From the NCBI GenBank assembly GCA_951406725.2, contig OX597815.1, forward strand, positions 202,306,001-202,370,000: a stretch of DNA of 64,000 bases, read 5' to 3'. A program made the translations under genes and the position numbers. Each line of letters begins with the position of its first letter. Within the stretch, counting starts at the first letter, position 1. Origin of the DNA: Octopus vulgaris (taxonomy: Eukaryota). This document shows, in pieces, positions 1-13,960 of this stretch. Under the pieces are notes generated by a model. The model did no database searches. It was not told where the DNA came from and saw only the letters and a list, made by a program, of their open reading frames with translations.

Positions 1-526
1 GGTATATCTCTGTGTATACGTATATTCATTTCACAAAACATAACAACGATTACTGATATATTTATTAACGCTATGAATATGTACATATACTAGTAAATCA
101 AATAACCGTAGGCTTGTAAAACAAAGTAAGCGTAGCTATTTCTCTAGAAATTTGTAACCGAAAATTATACGTATACTACGTAATGTGTCACACACACAAT
201 CACATACACACGCATATAAATATACTCTCACATATATGTGTGCACTATTCAAAGTTCATTCTTAATGATATATATGTATGTGTAAGTATGTATGTATGTG
301 TCTATGTATGTAAGGACATACGCACATAGAAAGAAGCAGAGAAACGCGTGAGAGTGACCGAAAGAGAAAGATATTTAGCTTCTTTGCATCATTTTCTTTG
401 TGTAACAAGAGAGTTATATTGATGTAGTTTGTGATTGAGTGACTTCCAAGTCAAGCATGGTTGACATCGTATGATTGATGTTTTATAGCTTTTGTGTATA
501 TTTTGTGTGGATGTGTGCTTGTCTGT

Positions 527-593
<67 letters not shown>

Positions 594-2165
594 TTTTCTT
601 CTTCTTTTTGTGGAGTGTTTGCATTTATATTTTTTTTTCTTTTTCTGATATCTGGTATATTTTGTTGCACATCTTACATCGGTGATAAGGTCATATTTCT
701 CAACACACATTGCAATGGCTTACTTTACTGTGAAGTAATAAAGCAGTCAGTAACGGTTTTTTGAGTTTCTTTGTGGCTAGCCATAGATTTTTCTGAAGAA
801 ACGAAAGCAAATAAATAAACAAAACAAAATTAAGTTCTTCTCTATACATTCTGAAAGAAAGAAAAAAAAAAAGAAAACGACAAACCATTCTTTGTGAATG
901 AATTAGAATCATAAATAAACAGGCACAAGTTCGTATTTCGTCTTTACTTGTCGGTTTTAACCTAGATATTTATATGAGATAGATTCCTATACTTCTTCTC
1001 TTGTGTAGTAATTATTGTAAATACTTCGGTTAAAGAGACAGTAGGAAAGAAGGTACTAGCTTCGCAAACTACAAATTATTCATCATCATTATCGCCATCA
1101 TCATCATCGTTATTAACGTGTCGTTATCGTTACAGCAGTTATAGTCATCGTTGACGTTGTCGTTATTTTCGTTATTATTTATAGCGATGGTCTCATTATG
1201 TACATGATATATGTTATCATTAGCGTCCAGCTGGTTGTCATCATTCTAAAGCTCTTATACTTAAAGCTAATATCTTAATTGCATTATTTGTATCTTCTCT
1301 TTGATGTAACGCCACTTATCATAATCACTAAATAACTTTAAAATAATGTCTGATAGATCTTTGTCTCTATTCAAATTACTATATTCCGTCTATTATAAAA
1401 GTATGACCTCCAGCAGTCTCTATGAAACGTAGTGAAGAGGACCGAATTCTTTATTTGTGTACTCTCTTCCTTACATCACAACAAACAAAAGGAACATGGT
1501 ATAAAAAAAATAATAAAGGAAAATTCCCCAAGTAGAGACCTCCTATATCTACCCATGGAAACCTGAGAAAAGCATAGTCAAACAGATGCTGATGGTCTCC
1601 AACCATTAAGTGCATGGTCAAAATGTGCAGTTTTGCTAGCACCATATTCGGTGCACTCAAACAACTTTCAAAGAATTCGGTGGAAGGAAGCTATTTTTTC
1701 TTAAGTCTGATGCTCTTTTTTCAAAGAAAATTTGAGAAAATAGGTGGTAGCTGGAAAAAAAAAAGATGGGTATCTTTCTTCATGTCTTCGTTAGGGTTGT
1801 TACTACTCATTTGTCTATTTAAGGCGTTATCGTTAATGCTACTAATCCTGTTCTTGCGCTTACTGCTGCTGTCTATGTTGTTACTGATACATTCCTTAAG
1901 TGGTCACCAATACGGCTATGGTGCTGTGACGTGAGAGGATTTGAATGTGCGTGACGGTTTTAGTTTTAAATTCTCCCGCCCACTTTCCTCTCTTTCTGGT
2001 TTGCCGACATGGACGAAAGGGTGAAACCATCTTGAAACATTCGCTTTGATTTGAAAATCATTTTCTTATCTTTTTATCACAATTATGCAACTGGTGAGGC
2101 GAAAGCAAAATAGAGCGAAAGAAAAATAGATATACATGGACATCCATGTGTATGTGAGTATTGAC

Positions 2166-2443
<278 letters not shown>

Positions 2444-2489
2444 GCACAACATACAACAGAGACATGCACACACACATACACACATAGAT

Positions 2490-2899
2490 ATTCTTTTATT
2501 CTTTTACTTGTTTCAATTAGTTGACTGCGGCCATGGTGGAGCACCGCCTTTACTAGAGCAAATCGACCCCAGAACTTAATCTTTGTAAGCCTAGTACTTA
2601 TTCTAGCGGTCTCTTTTGACGAATCGCTAAGTTACAGGAATGTAACCACACCACCATCGGTTGTCTAGCGTGGGGGGGCGACAAACACAGACTCACAAAC
2701 ATATAATCACGCACACGTACACACACGCACAAACATATATACGAAGGCTTCTTTCAGTTTCCATCTACCAAATCCACTCCCAAAGGATTTCGCCTGCCCG
2801 AGGCTGTAGTAGGAGATAATTGGCCAAGGTGCCACGCAGTGGGACTGAACCTGGAACCATGTGGTTGGTAAGCAAACTACTTACCACACAGTCACTTCT
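2490..2899 (-). mobile_element. tRNA-type SINE family A
   Basis: Reverse complement of the 33613-34024 copy: head tggctgtgtggtaagtag...ggttcagtccc, ccttgg-caa core-like block, tail ggtgctcca-catggccgcagtc...gaaac plus (AAAAGAAT)n. Confidence 0.9.
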
Positions 2900-3684
2900 A
2901 TAATTAACTCTACAGATTTTCTATAGTAATTAGAGACAACACTGAAGATAACGATGTAAACAAAGCGAACTAAAATATAGAAATAGGTTATGTGAGTATA
3001 GGCATATTTAGCAGTTATCGCTCCTTCTTCTGCACCACATGCAACCCACTGACCATCCACGAAAATATTGCTTAAATGCCCACTAAATTAAGTCGAGTAA
3101 CACAAATGGATATACAAATTTTACGTATTAAACACGTTTCCCAGAACTGGCACGTACTTATTAATTGCACCGTAAATATTAATTGCACTGTATTTCGTTA
3201 TGTAACCATAATACACTATCAAGTATATTAAAGGATTAAAAGGCAATACAGTGTTAACAGTATCATTGAATCAGTTTTTAAAGAAATCTCTACAGAATTT
3301 GTATAAAGTTTGTGAAAATATTAAAAGTATTTTGATAAGAAATCGCAGACAAATATTTCTAGTTTTATCATACAGAAAACTTATTGTCTGCTAAAGTATA
3401 CTAATGAGACATCTTCTGATTACAGGGATCGGATGCCAATTACCACAGAATACCAGCAGTCAGACGCACACATATGCTTACATATTCAGACAGATAAAGA
3501 GACATCTACTTAGAATTTTCCGTCTTAGAAAACATAAAGTGACTAAATTTACTTCTTCTATTGTTCTAGCATGTTATTTATATTCTAAACAAATAAATAA
3601 ATATACATACGTACATATATATATATATATATATATATACGAATATATGTATGCGCATACGTATATGCATATATGTAATACATA

Positions 3685-3916
3685 TACTCTTACTCTTTTA
3701 CTCTTTTACTTGTTTCAGTCATTTGACTGCGGTCATGCTGGAGCACCGCCTTTAGTCGAGCAACTCGACCCCGGGACTTATTCTTTTTGTAAGCCCAGTA
3801 CTTATTCTATCGGTCTCTTTTTGCCGAACCGCTAATAACGGGGACGTAAACACACCAGCATCGGTTGTCAAGCAATGCTAGGAGAACAAACACAGACACA
3901 CATACACACACACACA

Positions 3917-3964
<48 letters not shown>

Positions 3965-4118
3965 TACGACAGGCTTCTTTCAGTTTCCGTCTACCAAATC
4001 CACTCACAAGGCATTGGTCGGCCCGGGGCTATAGCAGAAGACACTTTCCCAAGATGCCACGCAGTGGCACTGAACCCGGAACCATGTGGTTGGTAAACAA
4101 GCTACTTACCACACAGAC
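3685..4118 (-). mobile_element. tRNA-type SINE family A
   Basis: Near-identical to other family A copies; internal (TA)/(CA) microsatellite; (AAAAGAGT)n tail. Confidence 0.92.
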
Positions 4119-4252
4119 AACACATATATACAAATATGTATATGTATAAGAATACATGTGTATCACTACTACAACAGTGAATATGCGTTTTATTATATAT
4201 ATATATATCAGAGAGTTGTGTATGGCGTGTTGGAATATTATTCTTGCAAAAT

Positions 4253-4745
4253 TTAATAATAATAATAATGAAATTATGATATACAGTGCTCAGGTGCACC
4301 ACAACTTGTCAGAAAGTGCGTATAAAGCATATGCAGTAATGTACAAATGTCTGGAAAATGAACAGTGTGTGAGTCAGATACATGCTTGTGTGTGTATGAA
4401 GGGGAGAAAATCAGGTGTAGTGTTGGCGAATCTCAGGAAGCATGGAAGTTTTGAAGGATGTAGTGCCTCGACTACTAACAACTTATGCCGGCTGTTCGCT
4501 CCATACCTCAGCAACACTTAGCGTGAAAAAATGTTTCCGAAATCACGGGAGCTGTGCTGTTTTCTGACTTTGTCCACGGGTGTTACACAGGTAGAGTTTG
4601 AAAAGGTGCTCAGAATTATTGTTTGTAAGATGGTTAATAATTTTATGGGTGTCTGCCAAGTCAGCTGCCAGACGTCGGAGTTTCATGCCCAGGGAAGTAA
4701 GGCTTTCAGAATATGGCAAATGTCTCATGTTTCATGGTGTAGTGT
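4253..4745 (-). mobile_element. CR1-clade LINE 3' fragment (third family) with (TTA)n tail
   Basis: Minus-strand translation LPYSESLTSLG..LRRLAADL...KIIN...TRG...RKHFFTL.VAEVW matches the CR1-type ORF2 C-terminus; followed by 3' UTR and (TTA)n. Confidence 0.75.
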
Positions 4746-5047
4746 AGATACTTTTGATACTATAATAGGAGATGAGAATAGTAGTTATTCTTATAGGGAC
4801 GTTACTCTTGTGTGCAAGACAGGGTTGGATCCAACCATAACATCAATTGGAGTTTACTAATTTTCATAAAAGTACTGAAGCTCACGTATGGGAAATAATA
4901 AAATATATATAGTATAGCCAATAAATCTATGTATTGTTACATGGTTACCTGTTTGTTGTAATTCCGTAGTAACCACGGTTTCCATCCTGCGTTCAAATCA
5001 CATCCATACGTATTTTCAGGACACTCCTATTGAAACAACTAGAATGA

Positions 5048-5431
5048 GGAGGCGCAATGGCCCAGTGGTTGGGGCAGCGGACTCGCGGTCATAGGATCAC
5101 GATTTCGATTCCCAGACCGGGCGTTGTGAGTGTTTATTGAGCGAAAACACCTAAAGCTCCATGAGGCTCCGGCAGGGGATGGTGGTGATCCCTGCTGTAC
5201 TCTTTCACCACAACTTTCTCTCACTCTTACTTCCTGTTTCTGTTGTACCTGTATTTCAAAGGGCCGGTCTTGTCACTCTCTGTGTCACGCTGAATATCCC
5301 CGAGAACTACGTTAGAGGTACACGTGTCTGTGGAGTGCTCGGCCACTTACACGTTAATTTCACGAGCATGCTTTTCAGTTGATTCGGATCAACCGGAACC
5401 CTCGTCGTCGTAACCGACGGAGTGCTTCCAC
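5048..5431 (+). mobile_element. tRNA-type SINE family B
   Basis: A-box tggcccagtgg and B-box-like gtttcgattcc; 12-bp TSD caactagaatga at 5036-5047 and 5432-5443; multiple copies in window. Confidence 0.93.
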
Positions 5432-6479
5432 CAACTAGAATGAAAGGAGGATAACAAAGGGATATTTTTTTATGGATATGATTATACATTTTGTGTTCTT
5501 CGAATGCTTCGTGACATGATGGACCTCACCTAGAATTTTTCTCAACAAAATTGAAGAGCATAATTCTTTTTAAAGTTAAGCAGTTGCACGTGCAAGAAAA
5601 CCTTCCATCCCCAGACCATGTGTCTCCGAAAATATTATATTTACAAATAACATCGTTTTCTATGCCTAGGAAAGCTTTAGAAAACGTTCCATACGCAGGC
5701 CCAATTAGAGAATCATTATACACTCTTTGTTACATAGCATTTATGTTGATTTTTGAGAAATGGAAGGGAAACTCGATGACATAGTCAAACTAAGAACTTT
5801 TAAGAATATTTCTGTCTATACAAGAAGGAGATTTTTGCATGATATAAATACATCTGTAATGTTAATGAAATAAAATTTGGGTAACAATCCTGTAGCATGC
5901 TATGTAAAGCTCGTCCACATTGTTTGCTACCGACTGTTATCAAACAGTGCGAATGATCTTGCTACTGAACATATATCAGAAATTCAATAGTATCGATAGA
6001 GATTATATAAATACATACCTAACGGAAAATGGATTCGACGACATTCTTTATTTTAAATGACTATAATTGTTGAGATAATATAATTAACATATTGTGTATG
6101 TGTAATCAATATCATCCATTAAAGGTGTAACATGTGTGTCTTCGGATGATTATTTGAAATAATTCGTTAGATTATATTCTCCTTTCACTCGGTGTCATAG
6201 TGAATAAACAAAGGTGTGCATTATTTTCAGCTATGTGCAGACAAAACTAACCCCATAGATATAGTGGCAAACAAAAACATAACTAAAATTCCCTAATTAA
6301 TCCTCCTGCATCCTCCCTTGAAGCTCTTGTATGTATTTATTACATGAAATATTTTTAGCTACCTTTAGCTTTTCTAAACCGTATGATCTCCCTATATCTT
6401 CCTCTCTGCACATATATAGCTTGGATTCAACCAGCATAATTTTCTCAATTTGGATTTTTATTCTCATTCAGAGCAACCG

Positions 6480-7635
6480 TAGTTTCTAAACGTTTTTAGC
6501 TGCCTTTACTTTGGTCACTCCGTTCATTCAGGAAATCACTGCTGCATTGCATAATATATAAGGCTTCTGCCATGCAGAGATCACATTTGTTGTTATAACC
6601 GTTGTGGAGGAGGGTATGGGTAACGATTAATCATTTCAAATTGTATAGAACTGAGTTTTCTTTTGGGTTATGAATGAGCCTATATAAAGAATTGATGATA
6701 GTTTTCACTTGAGATTTAAAGCTAGAATAGTGGTTAACAACTCCGACCTTGAAGGTCGTGCTGCGCGAGCTGATATATGCATACACGGATCTTCTGTTGA
6801 TACCGTAAATTTCAATACGATATTTTTGTGAGGTCTCTATTTTTCAAGGTACAGGAAATGAGACGTCAACAGCTGCATAGGATTCCAGAAGTGGCTAAAA
6901 TGGAGTTCCCAGAATAATGATTATCTGGGCGTTAACCTGGTCTTATATACATTGTCTACCGTTTCAATGGGATTGGTAATTTTTAGGGTGGTGAGGGAGT
7001 CGTCCGGCGTATCTAGTGATATCATTACTATCATAACTTATTTCGGTGGTGAGGTGTAGCCGGGTCATCAGATTAAAGGTATGGGATGGAGTATTATGAT
7101 TAGGGCTGGCGGTGTGAGGTTCGGTGTTTGTGAGGAGGTTTAAGGATGTCCTAGGGTTATGAGTTTGGACTGCAGGTTAGAAAGTATGGTATTAGCGTGA
7201 TTGAAGTTAACTAATTGCTAATTATCTAGTTCCTTATTGTTAAGTCGCCGGATTATTCCGATAATTTGAGTGTGGTGAAGTAGGGAAATTTGTTAGGTTG
7301 GAGAGTTGAAGATTTTGAAGACGGACCTACATGAATGATTTTCAAGCAGAGCAAAGAAAATTTTAGGTGCTCTCGGCTGAACTTTAAGGGCAAAAGGGAT
7401 TGACCCAGATAACGTCACGTGTTCAGGACCACTTCTTCAGCTCGTTGGTGGAGGGGTTACCTGAGTATGGCTTAGGGTAGGGTGTTGCATCATCTTGTAT
7501 AGTTTGGCAGGCAGCGTCAGATTTGAGATCCACAATAACAGGGTGGGATGGGTGTCTATTTTTTAGTCACTCCTGGAAGAATGCAGTAATTATTTCAGCC
7601 TGGCTGTGTTAGTAGACCGTTGAAAAGAATACTTT
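6480..7635 (-). mobile_element. Decayed Penelope-like element (RT thumb, Cys linker, GIY-YIG endonuclease)
   Basis: Hand translation of the minus strand across stops and frameshifts: RDVIWVNP-FC...KIFFALLENH; CSC*RLISCTLKNR; KNIVLKFTV; YISSRSTTFK..NHYSSFK; KCDLCMAEALYI...LNERSD, collinear with the GIY-YIG at 38345-38884. Confidence 0.75.
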
Positions 7636-7735
7636 TAAGAAAAGAAAACAATAATAATAAAATGATAGCATTGTAGTTGCGGGTGGACCCCCTTAGTCTC
7701 TTGGCAACCACTATTTTTAAACCCAGTCAACCACT

Positions 7736-7736
7736 G

Positions 7737-7768
<32 letters not shown>

Positions 7769-7810
7769 TGTATGTATGAATGTATGTATGCATGTATGTA
7801 CGTATATATA

Positions 7811-7846
<36 letters not shown>

Positions 7847-7848
7847 TG

Positions 7849-7879
<31 letters not shown>

Positions 7880-7952
7880 GTATGTATGTATGTATGTATG
7901 TATGTATGTATGTATGTATGTATGTATGAATGTATGTATGTATGTATGTACG

Positions 7953-8006
<54 letters not shown>

Positions 8007-8040
8007 TGTATGATTGTATGTATATATACATGTGTGTGTG
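7736..8040. repeat. (TATG)n/(TA)n microsatellite
   Basis: Visible tandem repeat. Confidence 0.97.
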
Positions 8041-8319
8041 CTTGTATCAATTATATGTTTATAAACACACATTTATACACACATAAATATTTACATATGC
8101 ATGTGTGTATATATCTATTTGTGTGTCATTGTTGTTTGCATTTGTCTCCTATCACCATTTGATAATCGAGTTTGGTTTCTTTACGTCTCCTTAAAGCAAT
8201 GGTTCAGCAATAAGAAGCCGATAGGTTAAATACCAGGCTTTAAAATAAGTCCAGGGAATCGATTTTTTTAACACCCTTTACGTTGGTGCCCAAGTACGAC
8301 CGCTAACAACCGAATAAAA

Positions 8320-8477
8320 CAGGAGTGGCTGTGTGGTAAGTAGCTTGCTAACCAACCACATAGTTCCGGGTTCAGTCCCACTGCGTGACATCTTGGGCAA
8401 GTGTTTCTGCTATAGCCTCGGGCCGACCAAAGCCTTGTGAGGGGATTTGGTAGACGGAAACTGAAAGAAGCCTGTCG

Positions 8478-8553
<76 letters not shown>

Positions 8554-8745
8554 TCCCCCTAGCATTGCTTGATAACTGATGCTGGTGTCTTTACGTCCCC
8601 GTCACTTAGCGGTTCGGCAAAAGAGACCGATAAAATAAGTACTGGGCTTACAAAGAATAAGTCCCGCGGTCGATTTGCTCGACTAAAGGCGGTGCTCCAG
8701 CATGGCCACAGTCAAATGACTGAAACAAGTAAAAGAGTAAAGAGA
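8320..8745 (+). mobile_element. tRNA-type SINE family A
   Basis: Full head-microsatellite-tail copy; an older, diverged tail of the same family lies just upstream at about 8140-8305. Confidence 0.92.
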
Positions 8746-9429
8746 GAGAATAGAAAAACTTAGAATATATATAGGGTTAATCTCACTCTCTATTGAAAGA
8801 GAAAATGTCAAATTTGTTTGTTCATTGAACAGCTTTATCTGTTCTTATATTGATGATTTGCTGTCATCACGTAGAATTTTAACAGTTTTTAAAAATATAT
8901 TAGTCTTTATTTATGATAATAAGCTGATTGTTCATATCGATTTTACATACTATAAAGTTATCGTTAATTTTCAGGCCCTACAGATCTAAAAAAAGATTTT
9001 TCATTAAGACATTTTTAGTGTTGTATCCCTTTGTTATTTACACTCCCGGATAAGCCTTGCGGTTTGTCATCAATTTATAATTATACGTTTATCCGTAATC
9101 GCTTCAGAAGTCTGAAGAAATAAATCAATTTCAAAAATTCTTTATGTTCTTGCAATATTCTCATTTCATGCGGAAGACTGAATGGGCGTGTGAGTAATTT
9201 GATCAATGCTGAGTGTAGGCAGCGATAAAAAAAAAGGATTTTGTCTTCTTGTGTAAGCAACAATATATACCGGTTATAATGATTACTCAGTTACCGTATA
9301 TTTAAATTCTTTGTTTCAGGTGAAAAATTTTTGCATTAATGAGTAATGCTCAACTACTTAAATATGTTCCAATTACCATTCTTTTGTACGTTAAATATCA
9401 TAGATAAGTTTTAAGAGTTATTCTTGGTC

Positions 9430-9680
9430 ATAACATCATTTGTATAATTTATGTGAATGACACATTTCTTGTGACAGATGCAGAAGAAGAGGTAGGTACA
9501 ATTAATGAAGATCTCAAAAATGATTCCAAGTTTAGAATTCTAAATAGCTCTACTCTAAATTCACACAATAATATTACTCTTCGTGGCATGTAAATCCAGG
9601 AATAAGAGACAACCAAAATTAGTATTTCTTTATACACAAGCAAGACAAGCGCACAGAAATCATTAGTAGCACCATAGATA
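9430..9680 (+). pseudogene. Possible old PLE RT fragment
   Basis: YVNDTFLVTDAEEEV...NSSTL(K)FT resembles the YVDD catalytic block of Penelope RTs; heavily decayed. Confidence 0.35.
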
Positions 9681-9698
9681 TAAAATATCAACAGCAAG

Positions 9699-10080
9699 TG
9701 GAGGCGCAATGGTCCAATGGTTAGGGCAGCGGACTCGCGGTCGGAGGATCGCGGTTTCGATTCCCAGACCGGGCGTTGTGTTTATTTATTGAGCGAAAAT
9801 ACTTAAGGATCCACGAAGCTCTGGCAGGGCTGTGGTGGCGACCCCTGTTGTACTCCTTCGCTCCAAATTTCTCACAATCTTTCTTCCTGTTTCTTATCCC
9901 CGACTTCCTACGCAACCGCTGAGCCTGGATGCGCATTCATCCATCCGTCGATGCTCTCGGTGTCGGGAGTTGACCTGCTTTCCCTTCAGCGGGTCTTGCG
10001 AAGAGCAAAGGACCACGTTTCGAACTTGTCCCACTAATTGGATGAAGATAGCTTCGCTCAACAAACAAACAAACAAACAA
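9699..10080 (+). mobile_element. SINE with family B head and an alternative 3' module, (CAAA)n tail
   Basis: Head matches family B to about 9890, then unrelated sequence; 14-bp TSD aatatcaacagcaa at 9684-9697 and 10079-10092. Confidence 0.88.
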
Positions 10081-11153
10081 TATCAACAGCAACAGCAACA
10101 TCCCGTTATATGTGAATATTTTAACAGCCACATGGTAAACTGATTTAAATAAAGAGACTTTTTGAGTACAAGTAACCTTTATTAATAACAGTTACTCAGA
10201 TATATCAGTGTAAATATCTATAGTAAAATTCAAGTATACATTTACCTGCTGAGACGCATCAGATATAATCGCTAATAGGAAATACAAAATCTACTAGCGT
10301 ATATTTTGTTGTATTGACTGAATAGACATCATGCAGATAACAATATTTATCAAGTATAGTTGGAAACAAATGAAAATTATTATGAATAAAATTATAACGG
10401 AAAGCTTTTCGTTAACATGCAGTCGAAAACTTTCAAACCGCAGGTATTTAAACGCAGTAAACTTCAAATATCAATGTAAAAATGTAAAAATGAAAATTGG
10501 TAATGACTTCACACAAATTCTACCTTCGGATCCATGAACACATTTTTCTGGTTGGTTTAACATGTATAGGCAACTAGAAAATACCTAAGTAAAGTGTGTA
10601 CTTTCACACATACATAAGTAACGGTATGGAAAGGCATATACATATCCATATGTGCGCGTATATGGTTGTAGATATGTGCATGTGTGAGTGCGTGTGTTTG
10701 TGTGTGTTTATGTATGTGCGTATGGGTACGTATAGGTGTGTATCATTTAATGCATGTCCCAGAGAATTAAAAAAATTAGAGAATTTGAACATTTATTAAT
10801 AGGCATCGCTAGCACCTTATAAATAATAGTGCTTAAAACAACAACCTGAAAATCTGAAAAAAACCTATATTGACGTACATGCACCTAGACAGGTAAAGTT
10901 ATGCGTGTTAGTATCAAAACATATATACGTATATGCATACAATATGCATACAATTCGTGTATGTTGACACATATACGCAGAAGCTACATATAAGTTTACG
11001 TATATAACTTGCCGACACACATGACCTTAGACTTACCCACAGACCCACACACGCACTTACATATAGATGTGCACACTCATGCAGGTATTACTCATGCATA
11101 CACACGAACACATACCGACATGCAAGGCATTAATATATATATATATTATACTT

Positions 11154-11530
11154 GACGGCGAGCTGGCAGAAACATTAGCACGCCGGGCGAAATGTTTACC
11201 GGTATTTCGTCTGTCTTTACGATCTGAGTTCAAATTCCGCCGAGGTCGACTTTGCCTTTCATCCTTTCGGGGTCGATAAATTAAGTACCAGTTACGCACT
11301 AGGGTCGATGTAATCGACTTAATCCCTTTGCCTGTCCTTATTTGTCCCCTCTTGTGGGCAATAAAGAAATAGTATACATTAGCACGCCGGGCGAAATTTT
11401 TAGCGGCATTTCGTCTGTCTTTACGATTTAAGTTCAAATTCCGCCGAGGTCAACTTTACCATTCGTCCTTTCCGGGTCGATAGATTAAGTACCAATTGCG
11501 TACTGGTGTCGAGCTAATCGACTGGCACTA
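11154..11530 (+). mobile_element. SINE family C, one full copy plus a tandem truncated copy
   Basis: ggcgagctggcagaa...gagttcaaattcc (A/B boxes), central gcctttcatcctttcggggtcgataaattaagtacc; second unit from 11376. Confidence 0.88.
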
Positions 11531-12282
11531 TCCAGAATATTTATACTATGCATTAACTTCGAAGTTTCACAAAGAGAATTGTTTAATCAAACTGTACAGG
11601 CGATGTCCATTAAATCGAATTTTTACTCAGTCACTCAGATATTCAAATACTTTCACTTAATCTATCGCATTATACTAAAGATTTACTTTTATTCCTGATT
11701 CTCTTACTCACGTAAAAATTACAAGCTCTTGCATTTTTAAAATGTACCTTGCTTCTCTCTTCCAGACGCAAACTTTCGCAATAATACTGTTTTTTCTGAT
11801 ATAGCTAAAATATATATATTTCGGTTCAAGGCGCTTATCCCATAAACCACCATACTACACATCAGCACATCCGCGCAGACTCACAGCTGAAGGTAAAGAA
11901 GCATGAACTAGCTAGCACGCATAGACACACATACAGCACAAACACACACGCATACACACACACACACACTTTTCCTCATGCTCGCAAACACTCCGACATA
12001 TATTTTCACTGGAATACATAGAGGCATACAAAAATAGAACATAGTAACTAAATAACTGATACTCATAGATAGCTGAAGCAACACTGGACTAAGTAGACTG
12101 GATATATTTTATTGATGTCACGAATGAGGCCGGAAGAACTGAGTGATTGAGTCAATAATCAAACATTACATTAGTTACTTGGGTAATTACCTAACCAATA
12201 GAAAAAAATGTTAATAAAGAACTGAAAGTGAACCGAGCGTGTTTATTATGATATAATGATCCTCCCAATGTTCAGCAATGTT

Positions 12283-12336
<54 letters not shown>

Positions 12337-12429
12337 AACAAAGGGTGAAAATTAATTAATTAAGAAGTAATCAGTAAATTCACCAAGTAGAATTCCGCAT
12401 GAAAAAGACTATTTCATGGTAAGCTTAAG

Positions 12430-12768
12430 TAATACTTTATAATTAGAGTTCAGCAGAGTTTTGCTTCACCACATACCGAAGTTTAGAAATAGCAGTCAAA
12501 AAATCTTACCTATTCCTTCTACTTTAAAAGAGGCTCCCAGAAAAACCAAAGTACTTGAAAACAATCCACGCAGGCAAAAGGGAAAAATAACGAAAACCGA
12601 TTGATTTTTGTTATTTTTCCCTTTTGCCTGCGTGGATTGTTTTCAAGTACTTTGGTTTTTCTGGGAGCCTCTTTTAAAGTAGAAGGAATAGGTGAGATTT
12701 TTTGACTACCATTTCTAAACTTCGGTATGTGGTGAAGCAAATCTCTGCTGAACCCTAATTATAAAGAA

Positions 12769-12771
<3 letters not shown>
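12430..12771. repeat. Spacer-less long palindrome (about 170-bp arms) in an element flanked by (TA)n
   Basis: 12430-12600 is the reverse complement of 12601-12771 with few mismatches. Confidence 0.95.
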
Positions 12772-12819
<48 letters not shown>

Positions 12820-13063
12820 AACAACATTTTTATTTTGGAGCTTACCATATTCAAGGATACTCTCTCTCTCTCTGTATATACGAGTATATATATATGTACA
12901 TATATAACTATATATATATATTGTAATATCATCTTTCTATAATATATAACCATTGATACTGTATACTATCATAATAAAACTGCAGATATATATTTCATTT
13001 TGGCACACTTTCATACATTTCATGCCAGCTCACACACACACACTCACGCACACACACACACAC

Positions 13064-13101
<38 letters not shown>

Positions 13102-13318
13102 TTACCACAAAGATACAAATGTACGTAATGGGAATATTTATGTAAAATAGAATCCGATATATTTGCGTATATTTCTTCTGGAATTTTCATATCTATGTAT
13201 ATTGATATGAATATTTTATGAATATAGACAAATAAATGCATTCATGTCATGATTTATGTAAGGACTTACACACTTATGAACATGTTCGTACATACATACA
13301 CATGCAGGCACATATGTT

Positions 13319-13369
<51 letters not shown>

Positions 13370-13449
13370 GCATATATTTGTATTTAAGTATATGTGTTTA
13401 TATTTATACAGATATATGCTTACATACTTATTTATCCTTAATATATCTT

Positions 13450-13960
13450 ATCTGCTTTATTTCCGGCAAGATTCTCAACAGAACAGTAGCTTCAAATGAA
13501 TCAGCAGTTTCTGTCATTGCTTCTTTCAAACGAGTACTTATGTTCATATTTCAATGATGTTATCTCTCAAACCATCATTTTCATTTCAATTTGAATGAAA
13601 GTATCATACTTCCAAACGAAATGTATATATCTTCCAACATAATTCCAGTCTGAATTTGAGAGAAATTGCTAGTTTTCGAACGGAAGGCTTTCACTTTTTA
13701 ATTTGATTTATTACTCTGATATCTGAATTCATTCCCATTCATTTCATTCAACAATATCAATTTTGATTTTTTTTCTCTCTTCCCAATTCTTAGAGATGCT
13801 TGTAAATAATTTAATTTGTTTTCTCTTCACTCTATCCCTTGAAGAATGCAAAGAAAACAAAATAAAGTTTGACTCTCTTCCATAATTGACAGAAGATAAC
13901 TGCAAGCATTTATTCTACATATTAGAAAAAATTGAATATGCTTCTTCAACCATAATTCTT
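13450..13960 (-). mobile_element. Possible hAT (Charlie/SPIN-like) transposase relic
   Basis: Minus strand gives LLNEMN...KVKAFRSK, resembling the LNxLNxxLQG...KVKAFxxKL block; very decayed. Confidence 0.3.

Noticed and set aside
389-764. ORFs with HT/CV/YI/YLSI runs, here and throughout the window
   Set aside because: Translations of stop-free microsatellites, not genes
5048-5125. tRNA genes at SINE heads
   Set aside because: A/B boxes are present but no complete cloverleaf; they continue into SINE bodies with TSDs
6100-6155. CCGAAGA on the minus strand downstream of the 6.5-7.6 kb PLE
   Set aside because: No stem II or GAAA could be paired
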